From Gemmatimonadota bacterium (GTDB lineage Bacteria; Gemmatimonadota; Gemmatimonadetes; Palauibacterales; Palauibacteraceae), in NCBI GenBank assembly GCA_046757485.1, contig JBHHYJ010000001.1:115454-179453 (forward strand): DNA of 64,000 bases. The letters run 5' to 3'. The notes under the pieces are model-generated. The model saw only the letters and a list, made by a program, of their open reading frames with translations, was not told where the DNA came from and searched no databases. Shown piece by piece: positions 41,493 through 50,352 of the stretch (position 1 is the first letter of the stretch; the number at the start of each line of letters is the position of its first letter). Made by a program: the position numbers and the translations under genes.

Positions 41493-41699
41493 CGGGGACC
41501 TCGGCTCCTTTCGTCGACGGTGAAGACCGCGTGGGGCGAGATCTCCGCCGCCCCACCCGGGCAGTTCCGGCGCCCAAGCTACCCTGAACCCTCGCGGCGC
41601 GCCAACGGTCGCGCGTGGCTCGACCAGCGCGTCCGGATCGCCTCGGATCCGGCCCCACGGCCCTCGTAAGGCGATCCGCTCGACTTTCTCCGCGACCGG

Positions 41700-42320
41700 C
41701 TAGGGCAGGAAGACGCTCACCGCGAGGAAACCTCCGATCAGGGCGAGAGCGAAGAGGAAGGTCAGCAGATTGAAGTAGCGCTCGATGAAGTTCCGGATCC
41801 GGACCCCGAACAGGCGGATGAGGCCGGCGACCAGGAAGAAGCGGGCTCCTCGGCTGACGGCGGAGACCGTGACGAACGCGGGAAAGGAAACTCCGAAGCC
41901 CCCGGCCGCGATGGTGAACACCTTGTAGGGAATCGGGGTGAAGCCCGCCGTGCCCAGCGTCACGACCAGATGCCGGGCATACAGCTCACCCAATCGGCGG
42001 TACTCCTCCTGGTAGCCGTAGAACCGCAGAATCGGCTCTCCCAACGTCTGGAAGAGTCCGCTCCCGATGAAGTAGCCGATCATCCCGCCCGCCACGGAAC
42101 CCGCGGTGCACAGCAGGGCGAAGCGGAGGGCCTTGCGCGGCTGGCCGAGGGCGAGGGGGATCAGGAGGATGTCGGGAGGGATCGGAAAGAAGAACGACTC
42201 CGCCGCCGCGATGCCCGTCAGGGCGGCCGGCCCTCCCGGTCGGTCCGCCCAGGCGAGCACCCAGTGATAGAGTCGGCGAAGGCGAGACCTCTCCCTTCCC
42301 CCCCTTTCCGCCCCTCTCAT
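41700..42320 (-). CDS. YqaA/DedA-family membrane protein
   Basis: ESFFFPIPPDILLIPLAL matches the conserved YqaA (DedA-related) region. The ATG at 42318-42320 overlaps the pcm stop. The upstream low-complexity 74 aa of the supplied ORF is rejected. Confidence 0.65.
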   Translation of the reverse strand: MRGAERGGRERSRLRRLYHWVLAWADRPGGPAALTGIAAAESFFFPIPPDILLIPLALGQPRKALRFALLCTAGSVAGGMIGYFIGSGLFQTLGEPILRFYGYQEEYRRLGELYARHLVVTLGTAGFTPIPYKVFTIAAGGFGVSFPAFVTVSAVSRGARFFLVAGLIRLFGVRIRNFIERYFNLLTFLFALALIGGFLAVSVFLP

Positions 42321-42916
42321 GGAGACTCTTCGCGCCGGAGCGGAACGAAGCGGGCACGATCGACCGCTTCCCGTTCCCACCCCTTCCCCGTTCGCCGAAT
42401 GCGGACGATCGTCTGCCGATCCTCGTCCCCCACGGGAATCAGCAGACGCCCGCCCTCGGAAAGCTGACGGCTCAGGGCCTCGGGCGGATCCTCCGCGGCG
42501 GCGGCCACCAGGATGACGTCGAACGGAGCTTCCTCCGGCCACCCCATGCTTCCGTCTCCCACCCGGACGGAGGCGTGAAGCCCCAGCCTCCTCAGCCGGT
42601 CACGGGCTCGGCGGGCCAGCTCCGGGATCCGCTCCACGGAGTACACCTGCCGCGCCAGGGTCGCCACAAGCGCTGTCTGGAAGCCGGAGCCCGTCCCCAC
42701 CTCCAGCACCTTCTCCGTTCCCTGAAGCTCCGCGAGCTGCAGGAAGCGTGCGTGCACGGACGGACGAGAGATCGTCTGATCGAACCCCAGCGGCAGGGCG
42801 ACGTCCTCGTACGCCCGCTGCCGGAGGGCCGCGGGCACGAAGAGGTGGCGCGGCACGGCGTCGAAGGCGTGCAGGATCTCCAGCTCCTCCACTCCCGCGG
42901 CCGCCAGTCGCTCCAC
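42317..42916 (-). CDS. pcm: protein-L-isoaspartate O-methyltransferase
   Basis: VLEVGTGSGFQTALVA matches motif I, and the protein is PCMT-like throughout. Confidence 0.85.
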   Translation of the reverse strand: MERLAAAGVEELEILHAFDAVPRHLFVPAALRQRAYEDVALPLGFDQTISRPSVHARFLQLAELQGTEKVLEVGTGSGFQTALVATLARQVYSVERIPELARRARDRLRRLGLHASVRVGDGSMGWPEEAPFDVILVAAAAEDPPEALSRQLSEGGRLLIPVGDEDRQTIVRIRRTGKGWEREAVDRARFVPLRREESP

Positions 42917-42945
42917 CAGCCGCCGTCGATCCCGCCGCAGAGCGG

Positions 42946-43713
42946 TCAGCTCGGGCCGTGCGTCCAGGATCGGACCTCGGGCAGGAGAGGAAAGTTCGTC
43001 AGGTCGAGATGCATCGGAGTGACGGATATGTAGCCGGCCCGAACGGCCCGGAAATCGGAGTCCTTGCGCCCCGTCCAGTGCGATTCGCCTCCCCCGATCC
43101 AGAAGTACTCCCTCCCCCGGGGGTCCAGCCGTCGCGTGAGGCTGTCCGCGTACACGCGCCGGCCGAGCGCCGTGAACCGGATTCCCGCGATCTGTTCCGG
43201 CTCCACGTGGGGGATGTTCACGTTGAAGAACGTCTCGGCCGGGAAGTCCTTCCGTCGCAGGAGGACTCGCAGAATCTCCCGAACCCGGCTCTCGTACGCC
43301 GGCAGGCGGCTCTCATCCTCGCCCACGTAGGACAGGGCGAGTGCGGGTATCCCGAGAATCGTTGCCTCCATGGCGGCGGCCACCGTGCCCGAGTACAGGA
43401 CGTCCTCCCCCATGTTGGGGCCGTGATTGATGCCCGATACGACGAAGTGGGGCCGTTGCTCGAGGAGCATGTTGACCGCGACCAGGACGCAGTCGGTGGG
43501 GGTTCCGTCGATCGTGTACACCTCGGGGTCGACCCGCGTGGCTCTCAGCGGTCGGTGCAGGGTGAGGGAATGGCTGCTGGCGCTCTGCTGCCGGTCCGGA
43601 GCCACGACCTGGACCTGCCCGAGGCCCGAAGCCGCGGAACGGAGAACCCGGAGTCCGAGGGCGTGCCATCCGTCATCGTTCGTGCACAGGATGCGCAGCT
43701 CTCCGCCGCTCAT
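42946..43713 (-). CDS. surE: 5'/3'-nucleotidase SurE
   Basis: The N-terminus reads RILCTNDDGWHALGLRVL, with DDG metal-binding residues, followed by GINHGPNMG. The ATG at 43711-43713 overlaps the upstream MerR-like stop. Confidence 0.85.
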   Translation of the reverse strand: MSGGELRILCTNDDGWHALGLRVLRSAASGLGQVQVVAPDRQQSASSHSLTLHRPLRATRVDPEVYTIDGTPTDCVLVAVNMLLEQRPHFVVSGINHGPNMGEDVLYSGTVAAAMEATILGIPALALSYVGEDESRLPAYESRVREILRVLLRRKDFPAETFFNVNIPHVEPEQIAGIRFTALGRRVYADSLTRRLDPRGREYFWIGGGESHWTGRKDSDFRAVRAGYISVTPMHLDLTNFPLLPEVRSWTHGPS

Positions 43714-44066
43714 GGCTCCCGAGAGAGGATCTCGGCGAGCTCGTCCGCCTCCTGCCGAAGATCGCGGACCGTCTGGGCGTCCCAGGCGACCCGCGCCGCC
43801 CGCGCCAGCTTCCCTTCCCTCTTCAGCTGGTCGAGCTTCCGCCGGGCCCCCTCGATCGTGTACCGCTCCGTGTACAGGAGATGGCGAAGAAGCTGGATGA
43901 GCTTGATCTCCTTGCGGCGGTAAATGCGGTTGCCCGCCTGGTTCTTCGTCGGCTTGAGAGCGGCGAACTGCGTCTCCCAGTAGCGGAGGACGTGGGGCTT
44001 CAAGTCCGCTATCTCGCACACGTCGCCGATCGAGTAGTACTCCTTGGGGGCGATACGGTCGTCCAC
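43710..44066 (-). CDS. MerR-family HTH transcriptional regulator
   Basis: YYSIGDVCEIADLKPHVLRYWETQF is a MerR-type HTH. GTG start at 44064-44066. The upstream part of the supplied 425 aa ORF is low-complexity and overlaps gpsA. Confidence 0.65.
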   Translation of the reverse strand: MDDRIAPKEYYSIGDVCEIADLKPHVLRYWETQFAALKPTKNQAGNRIYRRKEIKLIQLLRHLLYTERYTIEGARRKLDQLKREGKLARAARVAWDAQTVRDLRQEADELAEILSREP

Positions 44067-44071
44067 GGGCC

Positions 44072-45073
44072 TCAGCTCCAGCGCTCGGGTTTGGGCTCCC
44101 TGGCCATGAGGGCCGCCAGCGCCTCGCGGGGCGCCAGCCCCTCGTACAGGATCGAGTATACGGCATTCACGATCGGCATTTCCACCTGCTGGGCCAGGGC
44201 CAGCTCGTGTGCCGCTCGGGCGGTCCGGAACCCTTCCACCACGGAAGCCATCCCCGCCAGGACCTCCCGGGGCTTCCTCCCCGCGCCGATCGCCACACCG
44301 ACGCTCCGGTTCCGGCTCTGATCGCCCGTGCAGGTCAGGACGAGATCTCCGATCCCCGCCAGCCCGGCCAGGGTGGCCTCTTCGGCCCCCAGCTTCACGG
44401 CCAGGCGGGTCATCTCGGCGAGCCCTCGCGTGATCAGGGCGGCCCGGGCGTTGTCCCCCAGCCGCAGGCCGTCGCTCATCCCGGCCGCCAGGGCGATGAC
44501 GTTCTTCAGCGAGCCCCCCAGCTCCGTGCCGACCACATCGCCCTGCGTGTAGATGCGGAACCATTCGTTCTGGAAGAGGAGCTGTGCCTGGACTCCCTCC
44601 TCCGCCTCTCGGCAAGCGGCCACCGCGGCGGTCGGCAGCTGCCGGACGAGCTCTTGGGCAAAGCTGGGCCCCGAGAGGACGACCATCCGGCGGGCCGCTT
44701 CCGTCCCCAGCACCTCCTCGACGACCTGGCTCATCCGGAGATCCGTCTGGATCTCGATTCCCTTGGTCGCGCTGATGAGTCGAGGTTCTCTCACCTGAGA
44801 GGTCAGGGCCGACATCACCTCCCGCACCACGTGGGACGGAACGGCCGAGACCACCACCTCGGCCTCCTCGAGCGCCTCGGCCAGCCAGGACGTCGCTCCG
44901 ATTCCGCCGGCGAGCTCCACGCCCGGGAGGTACCGATCGTTGTGTCCCTGCCGGATCTCGCCCGCGAGGCCCGGGTCTCGACACCATAGAGTGACCCGAT
45001 GACCGTTACGGGCCAGAACATCCCCCAACGCCGTCCCCCAGCTCCCCGCACCCAGCACGGCCACCCTCGTCAT
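44072..45073 (-). CDS. gpsA: NAD(P)H-dependent glycerol-3-phosphate dehydrogenase
   Basis: The Rossmann motif VAVLGAGSWGTALG is present, along with GSLKNVIALAAGM. It lies next to plsY. Confidence 0.9.
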   Translation of the reverse strand: MTRVAVLGAGSWGTALGDVLARNGHRVTLWCRDPGLAGEIRQGHNDRYLPGVELAGGIGATSWLAEALEEAEVVVSAVPSHVVREVMSALTSQVREPRLISATKGIEIQTDLRMSQVVEEVLGTEAARRMVVLSGPSFAQELVRQLPTAAVAACREAEEGVQAQLLFQNEWFRIYTQGDVVGTELGGSLKNVIALAAGMSDGLRLGDNARAALITRGLAEMTRLAVKLGAEEATLAGLAGIGDLVLTCTGDQSRNRSVGVAIGAGRKPREVLAGMASVVEGFRTARAAHELALAQQVEMPIVNAVYSILYEGLAPREALAALMAREPKPERWS

Positions 45074-45708
45074 CCCTCCTCTCCCCGTTCCGTCGCTCGT
45101 CCACCTCTCAGGGGCGGTGCCGGCGCGCCGAGCCGCAGCTCCTCGTGACGCAGCAAGCGTTGGATGTTCGGCCGGTGGGTCATCCAGACGAGAAACGCCA
45201 GAAGAAGCGCGAAGAGGACGGTGGAGGGCGGCGCGGCCGCCACCCACGCCACGAGGGGAACGAGAGCGGCCGCGGCGAGGGATGCGAGCGAGGCGAAGCG
45301 GGTGATCAGCGCCAGCCCCAACCACACGAGGCTGCCGACGAGCACCGCCAGGGGGGCGAGGGCGAGGAGGACGCCGGCCGCGGTGGCCACACCCTTCCCG
45401 CCCCGGAAGCGGGTGAAGATGGGCCAGATGTGCCCCGAGATGGCCAGGAATCCGTACAGGAGGCCCCACTCCCCCTCGGTTCTACCGTCCCACAGGGGAA
45501 AGAACCACACGGGAAAGAACCCTTTGGCGACGTCGAGGGTGACGACGAGCATCGCGCTTCGGAGGCCGAACAGACGGTAGACGTTCGTGGCTCCGAGATT
45601 GCCGCTCCCCTTCTTCCTCAGGTCGGCCCCGTGCAACCGGCCGCACAGGTAGCTCGTCGGGAAGGCACCGATCAGATACGCGGCCGGCAGCAGAAGGCTG
45701 AAGCTCAC
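45070..45708 (-). CDS. plsY: glycerol-3-phosphate acyltransferase PlsY
   Basis: GSGNLGATNVYR is the conserved PlsY motif, in a polytopic protein. Confidence 0.9.
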   Translation of the reverse strand: MSFSLLLPAAYLIGAFPTSYLCGRLHGADLRKKGSGNLGATNVYRLFGLRSAMLVVTLDVAKGFFPVWFFPLWDGRTEGEWGLLYGFLAISGHIWPIFTRFRGGKGVATAAGVLLALAPLAVLVGSLVWLGLALITRFASLASLAAAALVPLVAWVAAAPPSTVLFALLLAFLVWMTHRPNIQRLLRHEELRLGAPAPPLRGGRATERGEEG

Positions 45709-45715
45709 GCGCAGC

Positions 45716-47080
45716 TCACCGCGGAGCCCGTCGGCGCTTCAGCTTCCAACGCAGCGGAGTGCCCTCGAACTCCCATGCCTCTCGAAACCCGTTCTCCAGG
45801 TAGCGAAGGTAGTGTCGAGCCATCTCCTTGGGTCGATTCGACCACAGTACGAAGATGGGCGGTTCGCTCGCCACCTGGCTGGCGTAGTACAGCCTCACCT
45901 CCCCTCGGGCGCCCTGCGGTGGCTGTCGCCGGGCGACGAGCCGACGCAGGACCCGGTTCACCTCGGGGGTCGGAACGCGCTGCCGCCGCCGCTCCTGCAC
46001 TCGAAGGGCGAGCTGCACGGCTTTGCGGACTCGAAGCCCCGACTTGGCCGAGGCGGTCAGGAGGGGGACGTGCCGCAAATAGGATGCCCGCTCCACCAGT
46101 TCGCGCTGGAAGCGGGCCACGGCGTCCGGCCCGCGATCCTCGACGAGGTCCCACTTGTTGGCCACGAAGACGAGCCCGCAGCCCGCGTCCCATGCGGCCT
46201 GGCCGATCCGAAAGTCCTGGTTCGTCACGCCGGCGGCCGCGTCGCCGAGCAGCAGACACACGTCCGCCCGGCTGATCGCCCTCGTGGCGCGCACGCGGCT
46301 GTAGAACTCCACCGCGTCCTCCACCCGCGAGCGGCGCCTCAGCCCGGCGGTGTCGATCAGGCAGATCGTCTCGCCCTCGTGCTCCAGGTACGTGTCGATG
46401 GCGTCACGGGTCGTCCCGGCCGTCTCCTGGACGATCACCCGCTCCTCTCCCAGCAGACGATTCACGAAGCTCGACTTCCCCACGTTCGGCTTGCCGATCA
46501 CGGCCAGCCGGAGTCCCGTCTCCGCGAGCGGAGCCTCCGGTGGGGGAGGAAGCCGAGCCACGAGGTGATCCAGCAGGTCCCCGCTTCCCTTGCCGCTCAG
46601 GGCGGAGACGGGTCTGGGGTCTCCCAGCCCGAGGGCGTAGAACTCTAGATGCTCGCTCGCCGCCGCCAGCTCGTCCACCTTGTTCACGGCGAGCACGATC
46701 GGACGTGCCGAGCGCCGCAACAGCTCGGCCAGGTGGCGGTCCGCCGGATGGATCCCCTCCCTCCCATCCACGACGAACAGGATGAGGTCGGCGTGCTCGA
46801 TCGCCACGAGAGCTTGGCGCCGGATCTCCTCCTGCACCGGCTGATCGGGCCCCTCGACGACGCCGCCCGTATCGGTGAGGAGGAACGGCCGTCCGTTCCA
46901 GGCCGCCTGGGCGAACTGCCGATCCCGGGTAAGGCCGGACTGCTCCCCGACGATCGCCTGCCGTCGCCCGACGATCCGGTTGAAGAGCGTGGACTTCCCC
47001 ACGTTCGGGCGACCCACGATCGCCACCGTGGGGAGCCCTAGGCCCGGGCCAGGACGTCGGTCACGTGCTCGGATGGGCAT
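45716..47080 (-). CDS. der: ribosome biogenesis GTPase Der (EngA)
   Basis: Two G-domains carry GRPNVGKS and GKPNVGKS, followed by a KH-like C-terminus. The ATG at 47078-47080 is chosen because Der begins directly at the first P-loop. Confidence 0.85.
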   Translation of the reverse strand: MPIRARDRRPGPGLGLPTVAIVGRPNVGKSTLFNRIVGRRQAIVGEQSGLTRDRQFAQAAWNGRPFLLTDTGGVVEGPDQPVQEEIRRQALVAIEHADLILFVVDGREGIHPADRHLAELLRRSARPIVLAVNKVDELAAASEHLEFYALGLGDPRPVSALSGKGSGDLLDHLVARLPPPPEAPLAETGLRLAVIGKPNVGKSSFVNRLLGEERVIVQETAGTTRDAIDTYLEHEGETICLIDTAGLRRRSRVEDAVEFYSRVRATRAISRADVCLLLGDAAAGVTNQDFRIGQAAWDAGCGLVFVANKWDLVEDRGPDAVARFQRELVERASYLRHVPLLTASAKSGLRVRKAVQLALRVQERRRQRVPTPEVNRVLRRLVARRQPPQGARGEVRLYYASQVASEPPIFVLWSNRPKEMARHYLRYLENGFREAWEFEGTPLRWKLKRRRAPR

Positions 47081-48315
47081 ATGTCGCAGCCGGGAAACGT
47101 CCGGCGGAGCTCCGCCAGGGAAAGGTCGTCCAGGAAGCGCGCCTCGGAGTCGAGCGCCGCGCCGCTGAACAGAACGAGATCGGACTCGGCGTAGGGCCGG
47201 ATCGCCTCCAGGTGATCGCGGCCGCACAGCAGGCCGGCCGACGTCACGGAAGCTCCGTACAGAGAGTTCTCACGGACCACCGTGGCGATCCGGGCCCCGC
47301 AACGGACGGCGATTCTGTGGGCGAGGCGTTCCAGGGTGGGCCCGAACGCGGTTCCGGTGATGAGAACGATCCGCGCTCCGTTCCACGGCGGAAGCTCGGC
47401 GAGGTCCCGATGGATCCGTTCGCGGAGAGCCGTAACCGCGCCGACCCCGTTGGCGACGAGCTCGGGGTCGTCGAAGTACTCCGGGCCGGGAGGTTCGCGC
47501 CCGGCCAGGAGGAACATTTCATCGCCGGCGTAGCACCACCCCTTGCCCCGCTCGTGCAGGGCCCGCTCCCGAGCGCTCCCGACCCTGGCGAGGGCCGCGC
47601 GGGCCTCCGCCTGAGCGAGGGGCCTGACGCCGCGATCCGCGTTGTGGACGGTGAGGCCCACGGGAACGATGGACAGGGAGAGGACGGCTTCCCCCCGCCC
47701 GTACAGCGCGTCGATCGTGTGCGAGAGATGGTCTCCGTCGTTGATCCCCGGGCACAGGACGACCTGCGCGTGATACTGAATCCCGCCGGCCTCCAGGCGG
47801 GTGAGGTGCGCGTCGATATCGGCGGCCCGAGGATTCTTGAGCATCGCAAGACGAACCTCGGGCTCGATGGCGTGCACGCTGATGTACAGCGGGGAGAGAC
47901 GCTGAGCCAGGATTCGGTCCCAGTCTTCCTCCCGCAGGTTCGTAAGCGTGATGTAGTGGCCGTGCAGAAAGGAGAGTCGGTAGTCGTCGTCCTTGATGTA
48001 CAGGCCCGCCCGGAGCTTCGTGGCCTTCGGGTTCCCCTTCACGAAGCAGAACGGGCAGGCGTTCGTACACCGCCGGATCTTCTCCGGCTCCGGCACGATG
48101 CCGAGCGCGGTGTCGGGGTCCTTCTCGATCTCGAATCGCTGGGGAGCGCCGGTGGGCGACTCCGCTTCCAGTACGAGCCGCTCGTCAGCCTGCAGGAAAA
48201 GAAGGTCCAGAGAGTCCCGAAGCTCCTCTCCGTTCAGTCGGAGGAGCAGGGTGCCGGTCCGGATCCCGATCTCCTGGGAGATGGAGCCGCGACGTACCTC
48301 CTTCACACGAATCAT
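47038..48315 (-). CDS. DUF512 radical-SAM-related protein with N-terminal PDZ-like domain
   Basis: The N-terminal PDZ-like region (MIRVKEVRRGSISQEIGIRTGTLLLRLNGEEL) is followed by a Cys cluster (CTNACPFCFV). Adjacency to der is conserved for this family. Confidence 0.7.
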   Translation of the reverse strand: MIRVKEVRRGSISQEIGIRTGTLLLRLNGEELRDSLDLLFLQADERLVLEAESPTGAPQRFEIEKDPDTALGIVPEPEKIRRCTNACPFCFVKGNPKATKLRAGLYIKDDDYRLSFLHGHYITLTNLREEDWDRILAQRLSPLYISVHAIEPEVRLAMLKNPRAADIDAHLTRLEAGGIQYHAQVVLCPGINDGDHLSHTIDALYGRGEAVLSLSIVPVGLTVHNADRGVRPLAQAEARAALARVGSARERALHERGKGWCYAGDEMFLLAGREPPGPEYFDDPELVANGVGAVTALRERIHRDLAELPPWNGARIVLITGTAFGPTLERLAHRIAVRCGARIATVVRENSLYGASVTSAGLLCGRDHLEAIRPYAESDLVLFSGAALDSEARFLDDLSLAELRRTFPGCDICPSEHVTDVLARA

Positions 48316-48739
48316 CGGAACCCCGCTTCTCCAGCACGGCGACGGCGGACAAGTACTCGCAAGGGGGCACCAGGACGCGCACCACGGACAACCCCCCGAC
48401 CTGTACGACGTTCGCGTGATCCTTCTGGGAGAAGAGCTGCGCGTGAAGGCCGGCCGCGCGCAGGACGGCCACGACGACCATCGCTTCCGGCTCGTGCGGG
48501 AGGCGTGCCGCTTCCACCCACCCCTGCACGAGAGCGAGCCCGGCGTGCTCGGCGCACAACGCCGTGTGCCGCGTGCCGGTCCGGCACTCGAGGCACAGCG
48601 GCACGCCACACACGGCACATGCCCATGCCGCGAGCCGCCGGGCGTGCTCCGCGCACGGCTCCGAGCGGTCGAGGGCGCCGCACCAGGCGCAACGGCCCCC
48701 CCCCGGGCGGTCCCTCCGGCACCGGGAGCATCGAGCCAT
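48185..48739 (-). CDS. zinc-ribbon / DUF2007-like hypothetical protein
   Basis: Cys-rich N-terminus (CSRC...CAWC, then CAVCGVPLCLEC) followed by a DUF2007-like segment (MVVVAVLRAAGLHAQLFS). Its 3' 130 nt overlap the DUF512 gene start in another frame. Confidence 0.4.
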   Translation of the reverse strand: MARCSRCRRDRPGGGRCAWCGALDRSEPCAEHARRLAAWACAVCGVPLCLECRTGTRHTALCAEHAGLALVQGWVEAARLPHEPEAMVVVAVLRAAGLHAQLFSQKDHANVVQVGGLSVVRVLVPPCEYLSAVAVLEKRGSDDSCEGGTSRLHLPGDRDPDRHPAPPTERRGASGLSGPSFPAG

Positions 48740-48795
48740 CGCTCCGTGACCGGACGTGCGCACCGTCGGCCGGAGCGGCCGCGCCGAGAAGCGCT

Positions 48796-50160
48796 CTATC
48801 CCTGAATGCCGCCCGCTCCCGCCTTCCGATACCGGAACCCCACCACTCCTTCCGGCGCCGCGACGGTGAGCTCGAAGGACTTCGCCTCGTCCGCGGCCGG
48901 AAGCTCGAGCGTGGCGTCCCTGCTGGCCACCACCTCGCCGCCCGCTCCGAGAAGCTCGAACGGGATGGTGACCGTGGTTCCCGCCGACGCCTCCCGCGGA
49001 CGAACGACGCCGCTCACGATGTACTGCCCATCGCCCAGTGACTCCAGCTGCAGGGACTCGAAACGCAGGGTGAGGTACTCGCTCTGCTGGAGTACCTGGA
49101 GGGCTTTCTTGCCGTTGTTCGTGTTGGCCAGAGCGTTCGCGAGGAGCTGGTAGTTCGCTTCATCGTACGGGTACCGCTCCACAAGCGTCTCGGCCAGCGG
49201 GAGCGCCTCCTCCTGCTTGTCGTTCTCCACCAGGGAGGTCACGAGGTTCTCCAGGGCGTTCTTGTCGTACGGGTTCGCCTCGTACGCCTTGCCGAACGCC
49301 GTCGCCGCCCGCCCGTAGTGCTGGGCGTTGTAGAGCGTCACTCCGACCATGTTCCACTCGCTCGCCGGGAGATCGGGCCCACCGAGGACCTCATCCAACA
49401 GCGGTGTCGCCTCCGCCTCCCGACCGGCGCCGGCCAGCTGCACGGCGTACTCGACCTTCATGAGCGCATCGTCGGGATGGGCGGCCAGGTAGTCGCCGAA
49501 GAGCTCGATCGCCTCGGCCCCGCGATCCTCGGTCGACAGAATCTCGGCCAGGCTCCGCGCCGCGTTGCGAACCTGTGCCTCGGGGCCCTGGGTGACGGCG
49601 GCCCTCCGGTACAGGTCGATCGCCGTCTCGGTCTCTCCCTTCTCACGGTACAGGAAAGCGGCATTGTTCAGGGAACGGGCGTCCTCCACCATCACGTTCG
49701 CCAGGTCGAAGAGCTCCAGCGCGCGGTCCCGGTCGCCTTCCTGATAGGCGCCGACCGCGTCGTTGTAGAGCTGGGCCCACGCGTTGTAGCGCACGTTGTT
49801 GGCGGGCTGCGCGCAGGCCGGGGCCACGAGAACGAAGTCGTCGAGATAGCGGTCGGCCTGCACGTAGTCGGCGAGACCCGCCGCCGCCTGGGCGGCGAGC
49901 AGCAGAGCGGCCCCGTCCTTCTCGTCGATCTTTCGTTCCAGCCGTTTCAACGCTTCCTGATAGCTCTCCGCCGCCTTGTCGGCCGCCAGCGTCCGCGCCT
50001 CCTGGATCGCCTGGTTCGCCAGCACGACGTCGTCGCTTGGGTTGAGCTGGCAGTTCTCCTCGCTCTCCTGTCCCCGGGTCGCTCCGGGAGAAACGAGCAG
50101 CGCCAGGGCGACGCTCAAGGCGAGCCCGCCGGGCATTCGGTGACTCATTGAACTCTGCAT
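48796..50160 (-). CDS. secreted/lipoprotein TPR-repeat protein
   Basis: A signal-peptide-like N-terminus is followed by multiple TPR-like repeats (LYREKGETETAIDLYRRA, YNAQHYGRAATAFGKAYEANP). The start is ambiguous (ATG at 50160, 50148 or 50136). Confidence 0.6.
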   Translation of the reverse strand: MQSSMSHRMPGGLALSVALALLVSPGATRGQESEENCQLNPSDDVVLANQAIQEARTLAADKAAESYQEALKRLERKIDEKDGAALLLAAQAAAGLADYVQADRYLDDFVLVAPACAQPANNVRYNAWAQLYNDAVGAYQEGDRDRALELFDLANVMVEDARSLNNAAFLYREKGETETAIDLYRRAAVTQGPEAQVRNAARSLAEILSTEDRGAEAIELFGDYLAAHPDDALMKVEYAVQLAGAGREAEATPLLDEVLGGPDLPASEWNMVGVTLYNAQHYGRAATAFGKAYEANPYDKNALENLVTSLVENDKQEEALPLAETLVERYPYDEANYQLLANALANTNNGKKALQVLQQSEYLTLRFESLQLESLGDGQYIVSGVVRPREASAGTTVTIPFELLGAGGEVVASRDATLELPAADEAKSFELTVAAPEGVVGFRYRKAGAGGIQG

Positions 50161-50312
50161 CCTGTTGAAGGTTCTCTTACGGCACACGCCGCGACGCCCT
50201 CCGGACTCTCGGTAGAAGGACGAGCGTCCTCACTAGCAGGTCACCGGCCGGTCATGGGTCGCCAGCGGGTCGGGAACCAGCTCCCAGGGGAATCTGCACG
50301 TTTCCGTCCCGC

Positions 50313-50331
50313 GGCGCGACCTGTCCGCGCC
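50313..50331 (-). terminator. GC hairpin downstream of thrC
   Basis: GGCGCG-acctgtc-CGCGCC is a 6-bp stem. It lies in the 192-bp gap between thrC and the TPR gene. No U-tract. Confidence 0.25.
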
Positions 50332-50352
50332 GACCTCGGGCCCACGCGTCGG

